A stretch of 64,000 bases of DNA from Bacteroidales bacterium CF (GTDB lineage Bacteria > Bacteroidota > Bacteroidia > Bacteroidales > UBA932), in NCBI GenBank assembly GCA_000473305.1, contig CP006772.1:2237805-2301804 (forward strand), given 5' to 3'. Positions 28,356 to 38,012 of the stretch are shown here, piece after piece. The stretch's first letter is position 1. The number at the start of each line of letters is the position of its first letter. The notes beneath the pieces were generated by a model. That model ran no database searches and was not told where the DNA came from. It saw nothing but the letters and a program-made list of their open reading frames with translations. Both the position numbers and the translations under genes were made by a program.

Positions 28356-30614
28356 TTAAATTTTTATTTCGTTATCATTATCAAATTCGCCCTGATTTTC
28401 AAGAATATCGTCGATTGCCTGCTCGCGATCGAATTCGTCTGCATCGTATTCCAAACCGAGTTCGTCAAGAATTTGCTGTAAAGACTCATCGTCCAAGTCG
28501 TTCAACTCATCTTTGGAATATTGATATTCTTCGGTTTCGTCATCCTCTTCTTGTTCTTCGTCTTCAGAAACTTCTTCCTCTTCTTCGTTGTCGTCTTCAT
28601 CCTGTTCTTCGTCTTCAGAAAGTTCATCCTCTTGAATTTCGGAATCGTCTTCTGTAAGTTCTTCTTCGGAAATTACTGCCTGTTCTACAACAATTTCCTC
28701 ATCTGCTTGCTCGTCCTCCGCCTCTTCGTTCAGGAGATTCCGACCTTCGTCGGAATAACCGTCGAATGGAGTTTCTTCTTCGCGTTCTTTCAGGTTTTCC
28801 AACGCATTTTTGGCAATAATCGGCAAATTGAGTGCGATATGCTCAAAAGTAATGTCTTCTACATTGGGCGTAGGTGGCAATTCCGAAGATTTAGCAAACA
28901 GCGGATTAACCAAAGCCAAAGGCTTACGGCGGTCGTTGAGGTCACGTACTTCATCGGCGGCAACTGCCACTTCATTGGAATACCCATCGCGAAGTTTTGC
29001 ATCGTAATATTCGATATGTCCAAATTTATCGGCTTTCTGGTCAATATCTTCTTTGAGACGTTCCATATAATCTTCAAAATCCGATTGAGTCCGCTTAAAT
29101 TCGTTTGACTGCATTTCGAATGCAATTAATGTTTCGGCAGCATTATCAACCACATCAACAACGGTGCTGTCAAGGTTACCCTCCGACTGTACCATAGTAT
29201 CTTCGGTGCGTTGCAACGAAACCAAGGTATTATAGGCAGCCACATATTCCTGCAAACTTTTTCCCATATCTCGAATAATATCAGCGGCTTCGGCACGGTT
29301 GCGACCATAAAAATCTTCGCAGTTTTCGTGCCAACGATTCAGATACTCAATTTTTTGGTCTTTGATATGATTGTAAATTTTAAGGCGTTCAATGCGGTTT
29401 TCAGCCATAAGATTTTGAACAACAGGTGTAACGATTTCCTCGTAAATCTGGTGTACGCCAAAAGGCAAATTGGTTGTGCTGCCATCTTCCGCCGTCCACA
29501 TTCCCGAAACGAGATTATATTTTACCCGCGAACTCTGTTTGAGTTGGAAAGGCTCGTATCCCTGCACCGATTCGGTATAATCGAACTTCTCGTTGCGGAT
29601 ACGTTCGATTTCTTCGTGCTCCAAAAGCGGAGAATAGTGATTGTAAGGCGATTTGAGAATTTGATACAAAACTTTGTTCGATTCAAAAATTATTTTATCG
29701 GTAGAAGCTACCTTCAAGGCAGAAATTGCTTGTACAGAATTTGCCATTGTGATCATTAGCCCCTTCAAAACGTCCTCAAACTGTTGTGTTTTGTTCGACA
29801 ATGAATCTTTTAACCTATTAAGTTCCTGAAATTTATTTACACTACCCGCATATTTTTCCTTGTTGAAAACAGGAATAACCGGTGCGTTTTCAGGAATTTC
29901 CGTAGTCGCAAATTCATTTAGAAATTGTAGATATTCGCATTTATCGGCAACTAATGGTAACGATACCGAAGTGGTATCCAAGTCGTCCATACAGTAAGAA
30001 ATGGTTCGCAGAGAGCGTTCCAATTTGCCGAAATAATCGTGCTGGTTGATTTCTTGAATAGAAGTAGAATACTCATCTGTTTCAATGGTTTCCGTGTCTT
30101 GCGAGGTTTCCACAATCGGAGCTTCCGACGACAAATTTTCAAGGTCAGCGATTGTTTCAATGAGCAAATCGTTTTGCCGCGAAAGTTGCAATGTAATTTC
30201 CGACTCATTAACCTTGCCTGTGTAATCGACAATGAAACTTTTGTCTTCGTACTTGATTTGGTCGGCAATGGGAACATAAGCCACGCCCAACTTGCTCACT
30301 TTGTAGTCGCGGAAAATCTCGCTGTGCTGCTTTTTAAATTCGGCAATGCGCGTGTCTTTGTCCGCAATCTGTTTCCCCAACCCGCTCTTTTTTATGAAAT
30401 ACACAAAGAACAGAATGATTGTGAGAAACCAAACCCACAACTTGGAAATTTCTGTCTGCAACGCCGTTTTTTCTTCTTCGAGAACGGCAATTTGCTTTTC
30501 AATTCGTTCCTCTTCGGCAACGATTTTTTCAGCCGCCTGGCTGTAATAGTTGAACAATATCTTCGCCTGGTCTTGATAGACATTGTTCGATTCTGGAAAA
30601 ATTTTACCTGTCAT
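28356..30614 (-). CDS. large hypothetical protein with an N-terminal TM helix and a poly-acidic C-terminal tail
   Basis: 752 aa with one TM near residue 60 and a coiled-coil N-terminal region. The last ~130 aa are about 50% D/E. Confidence 0.6.
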   Translation of the reverse strand: MTGKIFPESNNVYQDQAKILFNYYSQAAEKIVAEEERIEKQIAVLEEEKTALQTEISKLWVWFLTIILFFVYFIKKSGLGKQIADKDTRIAEFKKQHSEIFRDYKVSKLGVAYVPIADQIKYEDKSFIVDYTGKVNESEITLQLSRQNDLLIETIADLENLSSEAPIVETSQDTETIETDEYSTSIQEINQHDYFGKLERSLRTISYCMDDLDTTSVSLPLVADKCEYLQFLNEFATTEIPENAPVIPVFNKEKYAGSVNKFQELNRLKDSLSNKTQQFEDVLKGLMITMANSVQAISALKVASTDKIIFESNKVLYQILKSPYNHYSPLLEHEEIERIRNEKFDYTESVQGYEPFQLKQSSRVKYNLVSGMWTAEDGSTTNLPFGVHQIYEEIVTPVVQNLMAENRIERLKIYNHIKDQKIEYLNRWHENCEDFYGRNRAEAADIIRDMGKSLQEYVAAYNTLVSLQRTEDTMVQSEGNLDSTVVDVVDNAAETLIAFEMQSNEFKRTQSDFEDYMERLKEDIDQKADKFGHIEYYDAKLRDGYSNEVAVAADEVRDLNDRRKPLALVNPLFAKSSELPPTPNVEDITFEHIALNLPIIAKNALENLKEREEETPFDGYSDEGRNLLNEEAEDEQADEEIVVEQAVISEEELTEDDSEIQEDELSEDEEQDEDDNEEEEEVSEDEEQEEDDETEEYQYSKDELNDLDDESLQQILDELGLEYDADEFDREQAIDDILENQGEFDNDNEIKI

Positions 30615-30633
30615 GATTTTTATGATTTTAGAT

Positions 30634-31344
30634 TTAGTTTGAATAAATACTCTTTCTGATTTGATAAATTCTTTCTGCTTTTTTAAGATTGCTACCGATT
30701 GCCTCCTCGTTCATCGAATAATTGGAAATTGCAAACGCAATATCGTTGATAACACGAATAAATTGCTGTTCCAAACCATGCGCCTCTGCATTTTCGGTTG
30801 GTGAAATAAACCGCAAGCTGTCTTCAAGTGTATTTATTTTGCGAATAAAATATTCGGGCAAGTTCGGCAAATCGTTCATTTTGTCTTTCAAATCGCGTAT
30901 TGCCGTTTTCATTTCATTAATACCGTTACGGTTAAATGTTTCCTGCTGATACACTTCCTGAACTTTGTCGCCCGAATGAAGTGAAGCAACAAGCCCCAAA
31001 ATCAAGAAGAAAAGCAAAACGCAATGAATAATTATTTGCAGGGCAAACGACCATTCACAAGCAAGATTTCCAACAAGCATTACGGCAATAGCCGCAATAG
31101 CGTAAAGCCATGTAAAAAGCCAACGCACGCCAAGCGAGCCAACTTTTTTACCCTGTTTGTCGTTCAAATTAATCCACGGAACAAGAATGTCGAGAAAAAA
31201 CAGTCCGTAAATGACAGACGAAACCACGATATTCAGCACGAGAACATCAGGTGCCAGGCTGCCGCGAAACAGTATAAATGCAGCAATAATAATTGCCTCT
31301 CCGCCAAGCAGCACAATAAATGATACTATTTTCTTTGTGTCCAT
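30634..31344 (-). CDS. hypothetical membrane protein (4 TM) with a cytoplasmic C-terminal domain
   Basis: 236 aa with four hydrophobic helices followed by a soluble domain. Confidence 0.55.
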   Translation of the reverse strand: MDTKKIVSFIVLLGGEAIIIAAFILFRGSLAPDVLVLNIVVSSVIYGLFFLDILVPWINLNDKQGKKVGSLGVRWLFTWLYAIAAIAVMLVGNLACEWSFALQIIIHCVLLFFLILGLVASLHSGDKVQEVYQQETFNRNGINEMKTAIRDLKDKMNDLPNLPEYFIRKINTLEDSLRFISPTENAEAHGLEQQFIRVINDIAFAISNYSMNEEAIGSNLKKAERIYQIRKSIYSN

Positions 31345-31367
31345 AATTTGTAATTTTTAATTCGTAA

Positions 31368-32633
31368 TTATCTCTTGTTTCCGCATTTTGGGCAAAATTT
31401 CACACTCGGAGGTAATGTTGTTCCGCAACGGCTGCAACTGTCACCGGAAGAAACCTGTTTTCCGCAGTTTCCGCAGAAAGTTGCGCCCGCCATCATTGGC
31501 GCGTTACAATGCAGACAGTTTCCGCCACCCGATTGCAACGGTGTTCCGCAACTTACGCAACGTTTGGCGTTTTTATCATTGTCCGTTCCGCATTTGGGGC
31601 AAGGGTTGTATTCATCGCCACAATGAGGACAAAAACGGGTTGTACTGGGGAACTTTTTGGCGCAGTTGGAACAATACACCATTTTAACCTGTTGTTGCGG
31701 CTCTTGATTAAAATTGCCGCCTTGCTGATTATTCCCGCCAAAATTAGGCTGATTGAATTGCGGGTTCATCATTCCACTACCAACAGCGCCGCCGCCGCCC
31801 ATTCCTCCCATCATATTCATTGCCATCAAGCCGCCTATCAGTCCGCCGTTGCCGTTGCCGAAACCATCTACGGCATTGTTGGCGGTATTGAACATCTGTT
31901 CCTGCTGCCAAGTGTGCCCTGTAATTGACATCGACGCTTGCGTTGCAATGGCTTCCGCTACCTTTCTGCCTTCTTCTGTGGATTTATCAATATCAATCGT
32001 TGTAATATTAAATTGCAACAATTCCAAACCCAAGTTGCCCCAAAATGGATTTAGAACACCTTTTAAATATTCAGATAATTCGTCTAAATAAGCAGATAAA
32101 TACTTAAAACCGACATGGTGTTTAATCACATATTGCGCAATTTGCGACTTGGTTTTTGTTGAAAATTCACCGAAAAACTGATTTGTCAAATCGTCCTGCG
32201 TAAATTCTGTTTTTGTTCCGACAGATTTTATCAGGAATTTTTCCGCATCATTCACTTTCAACCCGTAGCGACCGCCTGCGACAAGCGGCAGTTGCGTGTT
32301 GTAATCGGGGTCGTGAATCGGCATTTTGCTTACCGCCCAATCAATGCTGAACGTTTGAATTTTGTTTACAAACCACACCTCCGCCGTAAACGGATTTTTC
32401 CCACCGAAAGGGATTCCGAACAGCGATCGCAAAATCGGCAAGTTTTCGGTGTTTAAGGTGTGTTTCCCCGGACCGAATTTACCTACAACCTGCCCTTTTG
32501 AGAACAATACCGCTTCTTGTGATTCCTGCACAACGAGTTGCGTGTAGGTACTCAAATTAGTTTCGGGGAAACGCCAAGCGTAAATGGTTTTAGTCCCCTG
32601 CGGCGACCATCTGACTAAATCAATTATTGCCAT
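31368..32633 (-). CDS. SPFH/Band-7 family protein with a Gly/Met-rich linker and C-terminal tandem zinc ribbons (COG4260/YdjI-like)
   Basis: 421 aa. The N-terminus MAIIDLVRW..GTKTIYAWRFP is typical of the Band_7_1 SPFH family. The C-terminus carries repeated CxxC...CxxC ribbons (CSNCAKKF..CPHCG, CPKCG..CVSCG, CLHCN..CGNCG, CSRCG..CPKCG). Confidence 0.7.
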   Translation of the reverse strand: MAIIDLVRWSPQGTKTIYAWRFPETNLSTYTQLVVQESQEAVLFSKGQVVGKFGPGKHTLNTENLPILRSLFGIPFGGKNPFTAEVWFVNKIQTFSIDWAVSKMPIHDPDYNTQLPLVAGGRYGLKVNDAEKFLIKSVGTKTEFTQDDLTNQFFGEFSTKTKSQIAQYVIKHHVGFKYLSAYLDELSEYLKGVLNPFWGNLGLELLQFNITTIDIDKSTEEGRKVAEAIATQASMSITGHTWQQEQMFNTANNAVDGFGNGNGGLIGGLMAMNMMGGMGGGGAVGSGMMNPQFNQPNFGGNNQQGGNFNQEPQQQVKMVYCSNCAKKFPSTTRFCPHCGDEYNPCPKCGTDNDKNAKRCVSCGTPLQSGGGNCLHCNAPMMAGATFCGNCGKQVSSGDSCSRCGTTLPPSVKFCPKCGNKR

Positions 32634-32694
32634 AACTTTTTGATTTTAAAGTTTTTATTTGTAAATTTATTCTTTTCGTGCAAAGGGAAAAATG

Positions 32695-32750
32695 GCTCTT
32701 TGACTTTTGCGAAACGTTGACTTGTGTGTTGGGCAAAAGGTAATGTGCCA
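32695..32750 (+). repeat. bracket motif copy M4 (degenerate; 5' side of the six-gene cassette)
   Basis: GCTCTTTGACTTTTGCGAAACGTTGACTTGTGTGTTGGGCAAAAGGTAATGTGCC. Recognisable but diverged. Confidence 0.4.
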
Positions 32751-32914
32751 TTTTTGTGGTGGATTCTAAAAACAAAAAATGCAGGTCGGCAAAAAATAAA
32801 ACTTTATCGGGTCGGCTGGTGTGGTCGGCAGTCATTCCGATTGGTCTTTCTTTTCTGTATTCGTATGTCGTCTTGTCAATTTTCATGTCGCTGTCTTTTT
32901 TCCTTAGGCTTGTT

Positions 32915-33292
32915 GGTAACGGTTTCGGGTGTAGTTCGGCCACCCTGTCCTCTTGCAAACCCATTGCCTCCGGTGGCTGAACTATACCTGGTGTTATAAC
33001 CAGCTTCGATTTCAGTACAAGATCAAATCGCCTTTGGTTCACGGTTTTGCCTTATAAAGATAGAAACTTTATTTATTTAGTTGAACACAGATTATCCTAA
33101 AAATCAACGAACAAACACAATATTTACACTAAGGGTTAAATCAGATACGAATTGAATCGCAAAACCTGTGACAAAGGCGCGGTAATATTATTGAAAGTAG
33201 AAAAGAGACTTCGAAACTTAAATACACCCTCTTAAAGCAAAAATCAGATAATCGGCACACATTTCAGCCTTTACAACTTTTCTTTAGTTGGT
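32915..33292 (-). repeat. non-coding cassette type 1 (attC-A 32915-33000 + NC1 about 292 bp)
   Basis: attC-A is GGTAACGG|TTTCGGGTGTAGTTCGGCCACC...GGTGGCTGAACTATACC TGGTGTTATAAC. The NC1 body has no ORF beyond spurious ones. One of 8 near-identical copies. Confidence 0.7.
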
Positions 33293-33581
33293 TATAACGT
33301 TTCGGCGGCTGAGCCCGTTTTAATGGGCGTAGACGCCTGTTATGGGTCGGTTGCGTTATTGGTTGGTTGTTTTATTTATTTTGCATTAACTTCTATATCA
33401 TTAACTTTCTCTAAAAATACTCGTCAACTCGGCTGCCTTTCTTCTTATGCAAATGACCGTGTATATTCCGGAGCATCGTGACCCCCATTCCGTTTTCATC
33501 TTGACCCCCCATTCCGGACGATCGTGACCCCTTAGTTAACCTGTTTTGATTAAGTTTGAGTAACACTCAAATCGATCAGAC

Positions 33582-35135
33582 ATGGCAGGAAAAACTTTGG
33601 AAATGAATACAGTTCAACAGGTAGGGTTAATGTATCGGCAAGGAGTCGGAATCAAGGCCATTGCAAGGAATTTATCATTAAGCAAGAATACCGTAAAGAA
33701 GTACCTTCGTGAGATGGAGCTAATCAACTCCACACAAGAAGAAGGAGATTGCCGTACAGATATTGATCTCGCATCAAATGAAGAGCACCCGGATGAATGT
33801 AAGAGCCGTTTAGATATACTGCAGGAATATTTTCCTGATTACGGTAACTTATTGAAACAGCCAGGCATGACACTTCAAGTGCTGTGGCAGAGATACAAAG
33901 AGATTCATAAAGACGGATATGAATACTCTCAGTTCTGTTATCATTATCAAAAATATAATGTCACCCGTCAGGCAGTGATGCACTTTGAGCATGAGTATGG
34001 AGACCGTTTGTACCTGGATTTTGCCGGCAAAAAAGTCTCTTATGTCGAACAAGGAACAGGAGAGATCATTGATTGTGAGTTTTTTGTTGCCGTACAGGGT
34101 GGTAGTCAGGAGACATATGCCCAAGCCTGCCTAAGCCAACAGAAAGCTGATTTTATCGAGTGTGTTCAGGATGCCTTGTTTTATTACGGAGGGGTTCCCA
34201 AGGTATTGATCCCGGATAATTTGAAGAGTGCTGTAACCAAAGCCAGCAGATATGACCCTACCCTAAACGAGGACTTCCTTTCCATGGCCAACCATTACCA
34301 ATGTACGGTCATGCCAGCCAGAAGCCTCAAACCACGCGACAAGAGCCTTGTGGAACGGCATGTTTCCATTCTCTATACCCGGGTATTCACAAAGCTCCAT
34401 GGGCGTACATTCTTCTCTCTTCACGAGTTGAATGAGGCTATCGGTAAATACGTGGAAGAGCATAACAATATGCTTTTCCAGGGCAAGGAGTATAGCCGAA
34501 GGATACTGTTCGACACGTATGAAAAGGAGGCCCTTTCACCACTGCCGGCCACCCGTTTTGAGCTTAAAGATTTTGTATTTGCGACAGTCATGAAAAACTG
34601 TCACGTCCAATACCGTGTTGACAAGCACTATTATAGTGTCCCTTATCGCTATATCGGAGAAAAAGTCAAGGTTGCCGTGGGTGCATCAACAGTGGAAATC
34701 TACCTCAAAAACAACCGCATTGCGCTTCACGCCAGAGATCGCAGACCCTATAAGTACACCAGCGTAAAAGACCACCTTCCTTCCGGGCATCAATACGTAA
34801 GTGAGTGGAATCCTGATAAGTTTATACAGTGGGGAGAAAGGATAGATCCATCAGTTAGTGAATATATACGCAAGATACTGGATCGTCCGGCCTATCCGGA
34901 GACTCTTTACAGAGGCTGTTCGGGAATACTTCAATTTGAGAAGAAAGCAGGGAAGTCACGTCTTGTTGCGGCCTGTAAACTTGGCTTGCATCTTCAATCA
35001 TACAGCTATACGTTCATTCAGGGAGTCTTATCCCGTAATACCGAATCCATAGAGATAGAGGAAGCCGAAACAACCATCGAAGTGGAACATGAAAATATAC
35101 GGGGAAATGCTTACTATCAATCATTATTTAACTAA
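33582..35135 (+). CDS. istA: IS21-family transposase IstA
   Basis: 517 aa with an HTH and a DDE core. Homologous to but clearly divergent from 8881..10440. Confidence 0.9.
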   Translation: MAGKTLEMNTVQQVGLMYRQGVGIKAIARNLSLSKNTVKKYLREMELINSTQEEGDCRTDIDLASNEEHPDECKSRLDILQEYFPDYGNLLKQPGMTLQVLWQRYKEIHKDGYEYSQFCYHYQKYNVTRQAVMHFEHEYGDRLYLDFAGKKVSYVEQGTGEIIDCEFFVAVQGGSQETYAQACLSQQKADFIECVQDALFYYGGVPKVLIPDNLKSAVTKASRYDPTLNEDFLSMANHYQCTVMPARSLKPRDKSLVERHVSILYTRVFTKLHGRTFFSLHELNEAIGKYVEEHNNMLFQGKEYSRRILFDTYEKEALSPLPATRFELKDFVFATVMKNCHVQYRVDKHYYSVPYRYIGEKVKVAVGASTVEIYLKNNRIALHARDRRPYKYTSVKDHLPSGHQYVSEWNPDKFIQWGERIDPSVSEYIRKILDRPAYPETLYRGCSGILQFEKKAGKSRLVAACKLGLHLQSYSYTFIQGVLSRNTESIEIEEAETTIEVEHENIRGNAYYQSLFN

Positions 35136-35147
35136 ACATCACCGCCT

Positions 35148-35870
35148 ATGAATCAGAACACATTGGAACAACTGCATGCCATGAAACTATTTGGCATGGC
35201 CAACTCTTTCAAGGCTCTCATCGAGAGTCATTCCCTGGAACAATATACCCATGACCAGATGGTTGCAGCCTTAGTGCAGGCAGAGTGGGAAGGACGGGAA
35301 CACAAGAAGATAGCACACAACATAAGTCAGGCAAAGTTCCGTTACACTGCCTCCATCGAAGAGATAGATTACACCTATCCCCGAAATCTGGACAAGAATC
35401 AGATGCTCCGTTTCACAGACTGCTCATACATAAAGAATGCTGAAAACATACTGGTGTCGGGAGCTACCGGGGTTGGGAAGAGCTATATAATATCAGCCCT
35501 TGGATATCAGGCCTGTATAATGGGATATAAAGTTGGTTATTACAATCTGCAAAAACTATTGACAGCACTTCGTATAGCAAAAGCGGACGGGTCTTATCTA
35601 AAAACACTCAGTAGGATAGAAAAACAGGACCTTCTTATCTTAGACGATTATGGGCTGCAGCCTCTCGATAATAATGCCTGTATAAATCTTTTGGAGCTTA
35701 TCGAGGACAGATATGGAAGACGTGCAACTATCATGTCCTCACAGCTTCCCTTTGACAAGTGGTATGACATCTGCACGGCTAAGACAATCGCCGATGCAAT
35801 CTTTGACAGACTAATAAACGGTTCTCACAAAATCCAATTGAAAGGGGAATCAATGAGAAAAAAAAGATAA
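35148..35870 (+). CDS. istB: IS21-family helper ATPase IstB
   Basis: 240 aa with Walker A GATGVGKSYI. Confidence 0.9.
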   Translation: MNQNTLEQLHAMKLFGMANSFKALIESHSLEQYTHDQMVAALVQAEWEGREHKKIAHNISQAKFRYTASIEEIDYTYPRNLDKNQMLRFTDCSYIKNAENILVSGATGVGKSYIISALGYQACIMGYKVGYYNLQKLLTALRIAKADGSYLKTLSRIEKQDLLILDDYGLQPLDNNACINLLELIEDRYGRRATIMSSQLPFDKWYDICTAKTIADAIFDRLINGSHKIQLKGESMRKKR

Positions 35871-36071
35871 CTTTGTTTGACATGTTTTGATCAATCAAAA
35901 CATGGTTGACCTTCGGGTTGCCCTTCGGAGTACGGAGGGGTCACAATCATCCCGGAATGGGGGTCAACATCGCCGGAATAAACAGACCGGTACTTTTTGC
36001 TCTTAGACAGATACTTTATATTCTAATCTTCTCTCTTTTTCTTCTGCCGTATTGGTTCCCGCAACTGACCC

Positions 36072-36320
36072 ATTAACGTTTCGGCGGCTGAGCCCGTTTT
36101 AATGGGCGTAGACGCCTGTTATGGGTCGGTTGCGTTATTGGTTGGTTGTTTTATTTATTTTGCATTAACTTCTATATCATTAACTCTCTCTAAAAATACT
36201 CGTCAACTCGGCTGCCTTTCTTCTTATGCAAATGACCGGTACTTTTTGCTCTTAGACAGATACTTTATATTCTAATCTTCTCTCTTTTTCTTCTGCCGTA
36301 TTGGTTCCCGCAACTGACCC
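36072..36320 (-). repeat. non-coding cassette type 2 (attC-B 36072-36134 + NC2 185 bp), intact copy
   Basis: Near-identical to the copies at 46151, 58579 and 60561. Confidence 0.7.
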
Positions 36321-36448
36321 ATTAACGTTCGCAGCTATGCGCAGTGCGGGATTGCGTGGCTACGTCTGTATCAACTGAGACAAACCTTGCCTGCGGGAAC
36401 TGAACTTGCAAAACCTATGAAACCCGCATTGCGTATGAGCTGTTGTTG
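36321..36448 (-). other. attC-like site (about 128 bp)
   Basis: CATTAACG|TTCGCAGCTATGCGCAGTGCGGG...CCCGCATTGCGTATGAGCTG TTGTTG. Outer inverted repeats. Confidence 0.65.
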
Positions 36449-36546
36449 AACTAAATCCCTCCGGGATAGTTTTCAACGAATAAAATTAAGCATAAAATCT
36501 GATTTGATGATCTTTACGGCAGTACAAATTAAAAAAGTAATGCCAT

Positions 36547-37449
36547 ATGAGAAAAAAGTCAGGATCAACCATTATCGAGAGGGCTCTGGATTGTGTGCCG
36601 GGATTCGACCGTGTCTTCCAGAAGCTCCAGCAGCAGGTGGTTTTGCGGGGTCAAAGCAAAAGCACCCTCAACAACTACATCCGCCGTGTAGCTGCAATAT
36701 CACTACATTTCGGGAGATTGCCGGAATTAATCGCAGATGAGGAGATCAACGAGTATCTAACTGCCCTGGCCCTGTCTGCAAAATCACCATCCAGAAGTAA
36801 TTTTAAACATTCCGTTTATGGGCTACGCTATTATTATAGGCTGCTTGGTCAGAACAAACGGGCGATCTCTCTTCCCTCCCTAAAGAAGGACGCCAGGTTG
36901 CCTGTCATATTTAATCGTGCGGAACTAAAGGAATTATTCAAGGCACCCTCACTGCTAAAACACCGCATAGTATTGACCCTGATCTATTCTGCCGGACTAC
37001 GCGGCCAGGAGGTCATTAATCTAAAACTTGCCGATATAGACTTTGAACGCAAGACCATACATATCCGACAAAGCAAGTATAAAAAGGACCGTATTGTCCC
37101 TCTTTCCGGATATATGTCTGATGGGTTGAAAAAGTATATTGCAGCAGAGAATCCTGTTCTATGGCTGTTCAACGGAAAAGAACCGGATGGTCGCTACAGT
37201 GTCCGGGGACTCTCGTGGGTAATGAGGGAGACGCTAAAAAAGACCTCAATCAAAAAGGATGTCAACCTCCATTCACTCAGGCACAGCTATGCAACGCACC
37301 TCCTCGAAGACGGGCTGAACATCGTCACCCTAAAGGAGCTCCTGGGCCATGCCGAGATCACCACCACGATGATCTACCTTCATGTGGCACAATGCCCGCT
37401 TATAAAGCCCCACAGCCCGCTGGACACACTGTATGGCGACAGGAAATGA
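36547..37449 (+). CDS. tyrosine recombinase (phage-integrase family), IS91-associated
   Basis: 300 aa with a C-terminal catalytic region (HSLRHSYATHLLEDGLNIVTLKELLGHAEITTTMIYLHV). Its stop overlaps the start (ATGA) of the IS91-family transposase. Lacks the extra IntI-specific insertion, so it is not an integron integrase. Confidence 0.8.
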   Translation: MRKKSGSTIIERALDCVPGFDRVFQKLQQQVVLRGQSKSTLNNYIRRVAAISLHFGRLPELIADEEINEYLTALALSAKSPSRSNFKHSVYGLRYYYRLLGQNKRAISLPSLKKDARLPVIFNRAELKELFKAPSLLKHRIVLTLIYSAGLRGQEVINLKLADIDFERKTIHIRQSKYKKDRIVPLSGYMSDGLKKYIAAENPVLWLFNGKEPDGRYSVRGLSWVMRETLKKTSIKKDVNLHSLRHSYATHLLEDGLNIVTLKELLGHAEITTTMIYLHVAQCPLIKPHSPLDTLYGDRK

Positions 37450-38012
37450 GCCGCCCTCAACACGAAGTCGCGGAGGTGATAAAGCTTTTTGGTCAACGGT
37501 TTTGTGAAGAGTGCCAGCCAAACGGGTATCAGAAACGGGTACTCAATGCCCTTTCGCTATGCCGCTCTCCTGCCCTTGGCGGTCACAAGGAAAAGTGCGA
37601 TTGCTGTGCAAAGGAGAGGATCAGCTACAACAGCTGCCGCAACCGTCATTGTCCGAAGTGCCAGGGTTCGAAACAGGCTTTCTGGGTCGAAGATCTTCTG
37701 GAAGCTACCCTGCAGGTAAAACATTACCACATCGTCTTTACAGTACCGCACGAGCTGAACCATATTTGCCTGCTAGACAGCAAATGGTTCTACGAGAAGT
37801 TGTTTGCAAGCGTATGGGAAACAATCCAACAATTTGGATATAATCGGTATGGAGTTGAAAGCGGTGCTGTCTGTGTGTAAGCATTCGACAAAACCCCTCT
37901 TTCCTATTTCTACAAAACAAACGTTCTTGCAGAGTTTGGACAATTTAGCCCATCTTGGTCAAAAGCTAACTGTTAGATAAAAAGGATGTTGAGTTACTGT
38001 GTAAAACTACGT

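Larger units (their letters stand above)
33460..35984 (+). mobile_element. IS21-family insertion sequence #2 (distinct from #1)
   Basis: IRs TGTATATTCCGGAGCATCGTGACCCCC / GGGGGTCAACATCGCCGGAATAAACA. 5-bp TSD GACCG (33455-33459 and 35985-35989). The insertion site maps exactly onto an otherwise intact NC2 copy. Confidence 0.85.
33293..36071 (-). repeat. non-coding cassette type 2 (attC-B 33293-33355 + NC2) interrupted by IS21 #2
   Basis: attC-B is TTATAACG|TTTCGGCGGCTGAGCCCGTTTTAATGGGCGTAGACGCCTGTTATGGGTCGGTTGCG. NC2 is split at CAAATGACCG|..|GTACTTTTTGC by the IS. Confidence 0.7.

Noticed and set aside
28521-29759. Plus-strand ORFs of 180-195 aa (MIFFGFVILFLFF..., MQRNQGIIGSHIF...) antisense to the 752-aa gene
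   Set aside because: They mirror the low-complexity acidic-tail and coiled-coil regions of the sense gene, with F/L-rich translation typical of antisense A/T-rich codons.
32620-33042. ORFs beginning MSQRRFDLVLKSKLVITPGIVQPPEAMGLQEDRVAELHPKPL, present at 32620, 45692, 55710 and 61487
   Set aside because: They are minus-strand translations straight through attC-A (GGTGGCTGAACTATACC...GGTGGCCGAACTACAC) and the NC1 repeat. Their identical N-termini come from the DNA repeat. They have no start context and their C-termini differ wherever flanking DNA differs.
36547-37449. Tyrosine recombinase considered as the integron integrase IntI
   Set aside because: It is only 300 aa and lacks the ~20-30-aa IntI-specific insertion between patches II and III. 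It is translationally coupled to an IS91-family transposase and sits in the middle of the array co-oriented with nothing. It fits the integrase-associated IS91 group better.
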